Assembly: GCA_964345035.1 (NCBI GenBank)
Contig: CAYFPO010000007.1
Span: 2,444 to 66,443, forward strand
Length of the DNA stretch: 64,000 nt
DNA from: an uncultured bacterium
GTDB taxonomy: Bacteria; Fidelibacterota; Marinisomatia; SCGC-AAA003-L08; GCA-002704045
Direction of reading: 5' to 3'
Shown: piece by piece, positions 57,176 through 64,000 of the stretch
Position numbering within the stretch: the stretch's first letter is position 1
Layout: each line of letters begins with the position of its first letter
Made by a program: the position numbers and the translations under genes
The notes under the pieces: generated by a model
Told to the model about the DNA's origin: nothing
Database searches by the model: none
What the model saw: only the letters and a program-made list of their open reading frames with translations

Positions 57176-57505
57176 ATGAGTGAATTTATAAGTGAATTTA
57201 CAGATGAAAATTTCACTGAAGAAGTGCTTCAATCCCCAGTTCCTGTATTGGTTGATTTCTGGGCTGAATGGTGTGGACCTTGTAGAGCACTGAATCCGGT
57301 TATTGAAGAAATTTCAAAAGAATATAACAGCAAAATAAAATGTGGAAAGGTGAATGTGGACCATAGTCCAAACACTGCATCAAGTTACGGGATAAGAAGT
57401 ATTCCCAGTTTATTATTTTTTAATGATGGAAAAGTCAGTGAACAATTGGTTGGTGCTGTGCCAAAAAATCAAATTACTAATATTTTGGACGGGTTAACAA
57501 AATAG
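57176..57505 (+). CDS. trxA: thioredoxin
   Basis: 109 aa with the active site FWAEWCGPCR. A strong SD (AAAGGAGG) lies upstream. Confidence 0.96.
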   Translation: MSEFISEFTDENFTEEVLQSPVPVLVDFWAEWCGPCRALNPVIEEISKEYNSKIKCGKVNVDHSPNTASSYGIRSIPSLLFFNDGKVSEQLVGAVPKNQITNILDGLTK

Positions 57506-57512
57506 GACATTA

Positions 57513-58448
57513 ATGGTTGAAAATGTAACAATTATTGGATCAGGACCGGCAGGGTTGACTGCTGCATTGTATACAGCCCGAGCCGGATTAAACCCCATTG
57601 TTTTTGAGGGGCAGCAGCCGGGAGGACAGTTGACTATTACAACAGATGTAGAAAATTATCCTGGATTTCCGGAAGGTATTATGGGACCAGATCTTATGGA
57701 TATTTTTCGAAAACAGGCACAGCGATTTGGTGCAAGAACAGTTTTTGAACATATTACAAAGGTAGATTTTTCTACGCAGCCATTTAAAGTATGGTCTGGT
57801 GGAAAATTAGTAGAATCGAAAACTATCATTCTCAGTACCGGAGCTACGGCACGGTTGTTAGGATTGGAATCCGAATCTAAACTGATGGGGCATGGTGTTT
57901 CCGCCTGTGCAACATGTGATGGATATTTCTTTAAGGGAAAAAAGATATTGGTTGTCGGCGGGGGAGACTCTGCAGCAGAAGAGGCGCTATTCCTGACAAA
58001 ATTTGCATCCACTGTAACTCTAGTACACAGACGGGATGAATTGAGAGCATCAAAAATAATGCAGACGAGAGTCTTGGAACATCCAAAGATTGAAATAGCA
58101 TGGAATTCTGTCATCACTGAATTCCATGGTGATCCTTCTGAAGGTGGATTGAACAGTGTTTCCATCCAGGATACTGTGTCTGGTGATTCAAGAATAGACA
58201 AGTGTGATGGAGTATTTCTTGCGATTGGTCATGTGCCGAATTCTCAGGTATTTAGTGATCAGATCGAAGTTGATAAAAATGGATACGTCATTACAAAAAA
58301 TAATTCTACTGCAACATCAATACCCGGAGTATTTGCTGCAGGTGACCTGCAGGACCATAAATACCGACAGGCAGTGACGGCTGCAGGAACCGGATGTATG
58401 GCTGCGATAGATGCAGAAAAATATCTTGAATCACTGAATCACTCCTGA
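57513..58448 (+). CDS. trxB: thioredoxin-disulfide reductase
   Basis: 311 aa. FAD motif IIGSGPAG, redox-active CATCDG, NADPH motif VVGGGDSA.EEA, and GVFAAGD. Confidence 0.96.
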   Translation: MVENVTIIGSGPAGLTAALYTARAGLNPIVFEGQQPGGQLTITTDVENYPGFPEGIMGPDLMDIFRKQAQRFGARTVFEHITKVDFSTQPFKVWSGGKLVESKTIILSTGATARLLGLESESKLMGHGVSACATCDGYFFKGKKILVVGGGDSAAEEALFLTKFASTVTLVHRRDELRASKIMQTRVLEHPKIEIAWNSVITEFHGDPSEGGLNSVSIQDTVSGDSRIDKCDGVFLAIGHVPNSQVFSDQIEVDKNGYVITKNNSTATSIPGVFAAGDLQDHKYRQAVTAAGTGCMAAIDAEKYLESLNHS

Positions 58449-58533
58449 ATTATCCAATAATCAAACTGTTACATATCAACTTATTCAACTATTATCAATA
58501 ATATTTATTGAAAATTAATTCCTGATATTTAAC

Positions 58534-59259
58534 ATGAAAAAAGTAATCCTAATTGTAACAGGTCCAACACAGAAATCAATTGCAAAAAGAGTTGGAGACA
58601 AATTAGACTGGTATTCTCGATTAATCTCCAGTGAAGGAGTGCAAATTGATGTACGGGAAGTATATTTGAATGATGTCATTCATCCGGATGAAGGAGATGG
58701 GTGGATCATTACCGGTAGTGAATATTCGGTTGTCGATGATGACTATCCCTGGCTTGAATCCCTTGAAAAGGCAGTTAGGGAAGCTATTAAACAAAAAAAA
58801 CCCATGTTGGGAATCTGTTTTGGACATCAACTCATAGCCAAAGCATTGAATGGAAAAGTATGGCAGAATCCTCACGGTTGGGAAGTGGGAGGCTGCACAG
58901 TACAATTAACAGAAGCCGGTAGATTGTCACCAGTTTTTGAGGGTTTACCAAAAAAATTCCCTTGTGCTGAAACCCACAGGGATGCGGTGCTGGAGCTATC
59001 TGATGGATGTATCGAGCTGGCATCCAATTCCATGGGGATACAGGCGTTCCAATATGGCAATTCAGTGTTCTGTGTTCAATTCCATCCTGAATTTACTCAG
59101 GAAATAATGCAGGAGTATGTTCAATTTAGATTACAAGCAGGAATACCTGTAATATCACCGGATATACCTGATCTTTCTCACACAGAGAAAATATTTACTA
59201 ATTTTTTACAACATACAATTTTAGGAGAGAAAAATGCAAATTCCATTATATACGATTAA
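58534..59259 (+). CDS. class I glutamine amidotransferase-like protein
   Basis: 241 aa. Nucleophile elbow LGICFGHQLIA and a later FQFHPEF, the GATase1 Cys/His/Glu pattern. No synthase domain is attached. Confidence 0.8.
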   Translation: MKKVILIVTGPTQKSIAKRVGDKLDWYSRLISSEGVQIDVREVYLNDVIHPDEGDGWIITGSEYSVVDDDYPWLESLEKAVREAIKQKKPMLGICFGHQLIAKALNGKVWQNPHGWEVGGCTVQLTEAGRLSPVFEGLPKKFPCAETHRDAVLELSDGCIELASNSMGIQAFQYGNSVFCVQFHPEFTQEIMQEYVQFRLQAGIPVISPDIPDLSHTEKIFTNFLQHTILGEKNANSIIYD

Positions 59260-59929
59260 AAATTTACTGATTCAAAAAGGTGAACTCAGAAGATTATCTG
59301 TAAAATCATTTGATCTGCATAGAGGAGCAGTTTATGTAATTTCAGGCAAGCCGGGTTCAGGAAAAACCACATTTATTCAATCGCTGCTAAAGGATGTTAA
59401 ATTGAACGAAGGCGAAATCCTATTCGAGGGGAAAGATATAAAATCTATTAGTAAATCAACTTTCCAATCTGAATTAATGTATGTTCCACAAACCTGCAGC
59501 AGGAATTGGGGTACTGTAGAGAACTATATGCTGAAAATAATTGGCAGAAGTCCTCACCGCAAGGATAATGCAAAGAAACATATGGAAAAAATAGCCAGGC
59601 AATTGAACTGTACACATTTGGTTGGCAGGAAGATGCGTGACCTCACTCCGGGTCAGTTAAGATGGGTGATGATTGCTGCTGCAATTGCATCCGACACAAA
59701 GGTGATGATCATTGATGAGGTAGAACAGCATCTTACAAAAGATATGCTGAAAACATTGAATAAGATACTATACAGAAAATGCAATCACGATGGTGTGAGT
59801 ATTATTTTAAGTACATTGAATCCAGACTTGTTGTCTAATATTACATCAGTTTCCATTACACTATCCGATGGTAGAATCACCAGCGTGAGAAGTTCCGGTA
59901 AAAAGAATTCTAAATTCAAAAGGAACTAA
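59234..59929 (+). CDS. ABC-type ATPase, stand-alone (degenerate signature motif)
   Basis: 231 aa. Walker A GKPGSGKTT, signature position LTPGQ (not LSGGQ), and Walker B MIIDEVEQHL. It overlaps the GATase gene by 26 nt. No permease gene is adjacent. Confidence 0.75.
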   Translation: MQIPLYTIKNLLIQKGELRRLSVKSFDLHRGAVYVISGKPGSGKTTFIQSLLKDVKLNEGEILFEGKDIKSISKSTFQSELMYVPQTCSRNWGTVENYMLKIIGRSPHRKDNAKKHMEKIARQLNCTHLVGRKMRDLTPGQLRWVMIAAAIASDTKVMIIDEVEQHLTKDMLKTLNKILYRKCNHDGVSIILSTLNPDLLSNITSVSITLSDGRITSVRSSGKKNSKFKRN

Positions 59930-59931
59930 CC

Positions 59932-61518
59932 TCAATTAGGAATGGGGAAGAGTTCATCGCCGGATATGATGGACCCTCTTGCATCCTTGTAAACAATATG
60001 GTTACGCTGAAATTGGGTAGGAGATGTTAATCCTGCTGCAGCTGCCAAAGAATTAAGCCCATTACGGAGTGTGATGATATAGTTCATAACTCTGTATTTT
60101 TTCTCATCAACGACCAATGCTTTCTGTAATTCTTTGTCTGTTGTAGCAACTCCAACCGGGCAATCATTTGTATGGCATTTAAGTGCCTGAATACAACCTA
60201 CGGAAATCATCATACCTCTTGCAATATTAATGCAGTCAGCACCAAGGCTTAGTGCAATGGCAATCCGGTCAGGTGAAAATAATTTTCCGGATGCAAAAAT
60301 CTTGATTTTGTCCCGCAATCCAAATTTTCTGAGTGCATCATCCAACACAACAATCCCTGATTTCACTGGTAAACCCATTGTATCCGCCATTTCCTGATAT
60401 GTTGCACCGGAACCTCCTTCTCCGCCATCAACAGTGATCCAATCCGGTCCTTTACCTGAATCTGCGATATACTTCAGCAATTCTTCCGGTGAACTGGAAG
60501 AACCCATGACCAGCTTTAATCCCACAGGTTTGCCTCCTTCTGATTTCATTCTGTCAACCCAATCAATTAATCCCGGAATGTCATCAAAAACCGTGAATCT
60601 GTTAGGACTATCTATATTCTGTCCAACTGTAACACCCCGAATGGCAGCGATAGATTCTGAAACTTTAGACCCTTCAACATGACCGCCGCGGATTTTTGCA
60701 CCCTGATGAAGTTTAAGTTCAAATCCTTTAACGAGTGGATTTTCTGCTTTATCACTGAATTTATCCCAGCACCATTCACCTTCCGGATTTCGTACACCGA
60801 ACATACCAGGCCCGATCTGCATCATGATATCCGTATTACTCTGTTGATGACATTCTGCAAGTCCGCCTTCTCCAGTGTGCACCCAGGAACCGGTTGCCAG
60901 TCCGATCCCCTCAGATATTGCAGATATTGCATTTTCACCCAACGCACCATAACTCATTGCGCTCATGCCTACCAGACCTTTAATTTCCCAAGGATTAGAG
61001 ACAGCGCCATGGCCGAGTTTGATTGTATTATTATCTGTTAAGAGCCATGGACATACATCTACTTTTTCAATGGACTCTTTTCGGCGAAAAATTCCTTCTT
61101 GTTCTATTTTATACCGTTTGGTGTTAATCTTTGGTTTCAGTACCACTTCCATATCCTCAGTAAGTGTGGTCATTAGTGCATTTCTGAGATACCAGCCCGG
61201 TTCTTCAAAATTGCGTTTAGATCCATAGGATATCAATGTTTTCAGATATTTCCCTGAAATGACAATATTGGTGTAATCATTACGTGAAAATGGTTTTCCT
61301 GCATGATCAGGATTAAACATATACTGGCGGAGTTCTGGTCCGATATGTTCAAAAATATACCGAAGCCGACCCAATATGGGGTAGTTTCTAAGGACCGAAT
61401 GTTGTTTTTGCTGCCGGTCATAAAAGTATAAGTAGAAAGCAATGACCAATGGTGTCAATATCATTATTGTAGTAACAACAAAAATGAAAATGATTAATAA
61501 TGTAGTTATTGTATTCAA
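59932..61518 (-). CDS. membrane-anchored FMN-binding glutamate-synthase-domain (GltB-like) family protein
   Basis: 528 aa, TTG start 4 nt after the glpK stop. N-terminal TM (TLLIIFIFVVTTIMILTPLVIAFYLY), then HSVLRNYPILGRLRY. The FMN-domain motifs are VDGGEGGSGAT and GCIQALKCHTNDCPVGVATTD. Confidence 0.8.
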   Translation of the reverse strand: MNTITTLLIIFIFVVTTIMILTPLVIAFYLYFYDRQQKQHSVLRNYPILGRLRYIFEHIGPELRQYMFNPDHAGKPFSRNDYTNIVISGKYLKTLISYGSKRNFEEPGWYLRNALMTTLTEDMEVVLKPKINTKRYKIEQEGIFRRKESIEKVDVCPWLLTDNNTIKLGHGAVSNPWEIKGLVGMSAMSYGALGENAISAISEGIGLATGSWVHTGEGGLAECHQQSNTDIMMQIGPGMFGVRNPEGEWCWDKFSDKAENPLVKGFELKLHQGAKIRGGHVEGSKVSESIAAIRGVTVGQNIDSPNRFTVFDDIPGLIDWVDRMKSEGGKPVGLKLVMGSSSSPEELLKYIADSGKGPDWITVDGGEGGSGATYQEMADTMGLPVKSGIVVLDDALRKFGLRDKIKIFASGKLFSPDRIAIALSLGADCINIARGMMISVGCIQALKCHTNDCPVGVATTDKELQKALVVDEKKYRVMNYIITLRNGLNSLAAAAGLTSPTQFQRNHIVYKDARGSIISGDELFPIPN

Positions 61519-61522
61519 ATGA

Positions 61523-63004
61523 TTAATTCCTGATTAAAGTTTTATTTACGGCTTTTTCCCACCCGGTTAAAATTGTTTTTCTATGATAATCCTCAATTTG
61601 AGGCGAAAAGGTTTTATCAATCCTTTGGCATTTGTGTAACTCTTCAGAAGATTTCCACACTCCGGATTGCAATCCTGCAAGCATTCCGGCACCCAATGCA
61701 GTGGTTTCGATGTTTTGGGGGCGTATTACCGTAATATTCAATACATCTGATTGAAACTGCATGAGGAAATTATTTTTCACGGCACCTCCGTCAACTTTCA
61801 TTTCATGAATTGAAATATTCAGGTCATTGGTAATGGAAGAAAACAGGTCATTCACCTGATAAGCAATACTCTCCAGTGCAGCCCGAATGATCTGGGATCT
61901 GCCTGATCCTCGGGTTAGTCCGGTAATAGTTCCTCTTGCATCCATATCCCAGTAGGGAGCACCCAACCCAGCAAATGCCGGCACCACATACACACCGCCT
62001 GTGTCTGTTAATGATTCAGCGATTGCTTCTGTTTCTGATGCCTTTGTAATAAATTTCAGTTCATCCCGAAGCCATTGAATAACTGCGCCTCCGATAAACA
62101 CGGATCCTTCCAATGCAAATACCGGTTCACCTTTTTCATTACACGCCAGTGTTGTGAGGCATCCTGATGAAGAGTTAATTCGGTCCTCACCGGTATTTAC
62201 CATCATGAAACAACCCGTTCCATATGTGGTTTTTACCTCACCGGAAAGAAATCCACATTGTCCGAATAATGCTGCTTGTTGATCTCCTGCAATCCCTGTA
62301 ACAGGGACTGGTGAACTGAATAAATCTGATCTGGTAGTTCCAAAATCACTCATAGAATTACATACTTCCGGAAGAATATTGTAAGGGATATTCAAATATT
62401 GCAACAGTTCTTCGTCCCAGCATTTTTCAGTGATATTGAATATTAATGTGCGGGAGGCATTCGTGAAATCAGTTTTGTGGGATTTCCCTGCTGTTAAATT
62501 CCATAAGAGCCAGGTATCAATTGTGCCGAACAGTAAATCTCCGCTTTCTGCTGATTCCCTTGCATCCGGAATATTATCCAATATCCACTTGATCTTTGTT
62601 CCGGAAAAATAGCTATCAAGAACAAGGCCGGTTTTTTTCTTAAAAATATTTTCCAAACCATTCTCTTTGAGGAAATCACAGGCGGGTTTAGTCCGTCTGT
62701 CCTGCCAGACAATTGCATTGTTGATTGGTTTCCCTGTATTTCGATTCCATAAGACAGTGGTTTCTCTCTGATTTGTGATACCGATACTGATTATCTCTTC
62801 AGAGTTATTTTTTGCTGTTATTTGTTTTATCAGAGTTTCTGTTAACTTCCAGATTTCAACAGGATTATGTTCTACCCAACCCGGTTGAGGATAGATTTGT
62901 TCAAATTCAGAATATGCTCTATCCACAATGTACAGATCTGGACTCAGCAGCAAAACCGTGATCCCTGTAGTTCCCGCATCTATGGATAGTATGTATTTAG
63001 ACAA
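61523..63004 (-). CDS. glpK: glycerol kinase
   Basis: 493 aa. Y.LSIDAGTTG, WVEH.P.EIW, ITNQRETT..W, GD.QAALFGQ, and VDGG...N..LMQFQ.D. Confidence 0.96.
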   Translation of the reverse strand: MSKYILSIDAGTTGITVLLLSPDLYIVDRAYSEFEQIYPQPGWVEHNPVEIWKLTETLIKQITAKNNSEEIISIGITNQRETTVLWNRNTGKPINNAIVWQDRRTKPACDFLKENGLENIFKKKTGLVLDSYFSGTKIKWILDNIPDARESAESGDLLFGTIDTWLLWNLTAGKSHKTDFTNASRTLIFNITEKCWDEELLQYLNIPYNILPEVCNSMSDFGTTRSDLFSSPVPVTGIAGDQQAALFGQCGFLSGEVKTTYGTGCFMMVNTGEDRINSSSGCLTTLACNEKGEPVFALEGSVFIGGAVIQWLRDELKFITKASETEAIAESLTDTGGVYVVPAFAGLGAPYWDMDARGTITGLTRGSGRSQIIRAALESIAYQVNDLFSSITNDLNISIHEMKVDGGAVKNNFLMQFQSDVLNITVIRPQNIETTALGAGMLAGLQSGVWKSSEELHKCQRIDKTFSPQIEDYHRKTILTGWEKAVNKTLIRN

Positions 63005-63175
63005 GAATTTCCTCCGATTTTCAAGGTTATTAAATTCGCAACGTTAAGAAATTTACTATAAAGAGAATGAATCAAACCCTGTATATTTTATGTAAAATAA
63101 TAAATCCTGTTTTTAGGTGCAAATAGTTTAAAAACCATAATCCAATTGAAAATTAGATAACATATTAAGATTTTA

Positions 63176-64000
63176 ATGAGAAACCGTATATTCAGATTTC
63201 TGGCTAAATCAACAGTCAGCCATACCTGGGCAGCATTCACATTCATCCTTATTATTTCGGTGGCTGCAGGGGTGCTTGCAGGCAGACTTGAAATTTCAAC
63301 GGGATATACTGATTTAATGCCTGAAGGAAATCCCAAAGCAGAAGCATTTGAATTCATCCTTAAGGAATTCAACAATTCTGCAAATATCATCATTGTAGCT
63401 GAGGGGGATGAGAAAAATCTCAAGAGATTCAGTGAGTATGTAAAACCACGACTTTTGGAATTTGAAACCTGGGTGGATCGTGTTGATGATCAAATTCCTG
63501 TTGATTTTTTACGGCGTCATGGACTCAAACTCCTATCGGCATCACAACTTGATTATTTCAAAAATCTCTTTGCAGATCCGAATTTAATTCCTGTACTGAA
63601 ACATTTGAATGACAGTTTTGAAGCTGAAATTGTAAGTACGCCTGAAATTTCCACAGAATACAGCGAAAATTTAGCAGTTCAGTTTCTGGATGGTATTGAA
63701 CAATTTATTGAAATTCAGAAAAATGTGATCTCAGATGGATACCGGAAGGAATATGCTCAAACTGCTGTGGATGCACTGACATTTGGTGAGCCCTATATGC
63801 TGAATATAGATAGAACCATGATGCTTATCATCGTGGAACCAAAATTTAATATGATAGATGATTTTATGATTGTTGTGGATGCAGTGAATGGAATCGAAGC
63901 CCTTGTAAAGGATGCGGCTGAATTATTTGAAGTTCAGGCAGGTCTGACCGGTTCACTGGTGTTGGGGCGTGATGAAATGAAAGCAATGGAAGAAGATTCT
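63176..64000 (+). CDS. RND/MMPL-family transporter, N-terminal fragment (runs off the window)
   Basis: Absent from the ORF track because there is no stop. ATG at 63176 gives MRNRIFRFLAKSTVSHTWAAFTFILIISVAAGVLAGRLEISTGYTDLMPEGNPKAEAF..., an N-terminal TM followed by a large periplasmic loop as in MMPL/HpnN-type exporters. The frame stays open for 275 codons to the edge. Confidence 0.6.
   Translation, partial: MRNRIFRFLAKSTVSHTWAAFTFILIISVAAGVLAGRLEISTGYTDLMPEGNPKAEAFEFILKEFNNSANIIIVAEGDEKNLKRFSEYVKPRLLEFETWVDRVDDQIPVDFLRRHGLKLLSASQLDYFKNLFADPNLIPVLKHLNDSFEAEIVSTPEISTEYSENLAVQFLDGIEQFIEIQKNVISDGYRKEYAQTAVDALTFGEPYMLNIDRTMMLIIVEPKFNMIDDFMIVVDAVNGIEALVKDAAELFEVQAGLTGSLVLGRDEMKAMEEDS

Noticed and set aside
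63088-63423. 111-aa minus-strand ORF near the 3' end.
   Set aside because: It is antisense to the start of the plus-strand MMPL/RND-like gene (63176 onward). That gene has a convincing TM plus periplasmic-loop N-terminus and stays open to the window edge.
1-64000. Apparent excess of TTG/GTG starts (pheS, pheT, folD, smc, comF, acpS, 23645, 32457, 54027, 59932-61518) as a possible unusual initiation bias.
   Set aside because: The track reports longest ORFs using alternative starts. Several of these calls could simply start at downstream ATGs. Without alignments or proteomics, this cannot be separated from an ORF-calling artefact.
1-64000. Mobile elements, prophage, toxin-antitoxin or defence islands.
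   Set aside because: No integrase, transposase, recombinase, terminase, capsid, restriction or cas-like translation appears in any supplied ORF. The only mobility-like signature is the att-like tRNA-Arg array, reported separately.

Overview
AT-rich bacterial chromosome segment, densely packed and mostly transcribed on the + strand. No integrase, transposase, cas or phage genes were seen. Most of it is housekeeping:
- tmk (3' fragment), ctp, then tRNA-Val followed by thrS-infC-rpmI-rplT-pheS-pheT-zapA-folD and tRNA-Arg
- hisC, ribD-ribE-ribBA-ribH, add plus an OPT transporter
- an ECF sigma / anti-sigma / Spy-like module, folB-folK-dNK, HIT, smc, comF
- pgk-tpiA-secG, tRNA-Leu, acpS-nnr-vanZ-recN-murA, trkAH, yhaM, trxAB, glpK, and a truncated RND/MMPL transporter at the 3' edge

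Four proteins end in a T9SS-type sorting domain (...NYPNPFNP...). This suggests an uncultured FCB-group-like (Marinimicrobia/Ignavibacteria-like) organism, but I cannot confirm that without a database search.

Observations most worth a second look:
1. Directly after tRNA-Arg(CCG) sit two perfect 164-bp tandem units. Each carries a tRNA-Arg 3' half split in the T-loop by a 29-nt GC-rich hairpin. The only differences between the units are 6 substitutions packed into 7 nt of the hairpin loop.
2. A minus-strand cobalamin riboswitch controls a single gene, a secreted beta-propeller with a T9SS tail. No btuB lies beside it.
3. An accessory-looking block next to the tRNA array holds an orphan MotA/MotB stator, a 535-aa methyltransferase with a long N-terminal extension, and a membrane-anchored ~950-aa protein made of roughly three dozen degenerate beta-hairpin-like repeats.
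4. glpK is translationally coupled to a membrane-anchored GltB-like FMN protein in the position where glpD would be expected.
5. A dockerin-bearing LVIVD protein and a small cohesin protein with a T9SS tail could form a surface-display pair.

All calls come from reading the sequence and the supplied ORF translations. No homology search or RNA folding was run.
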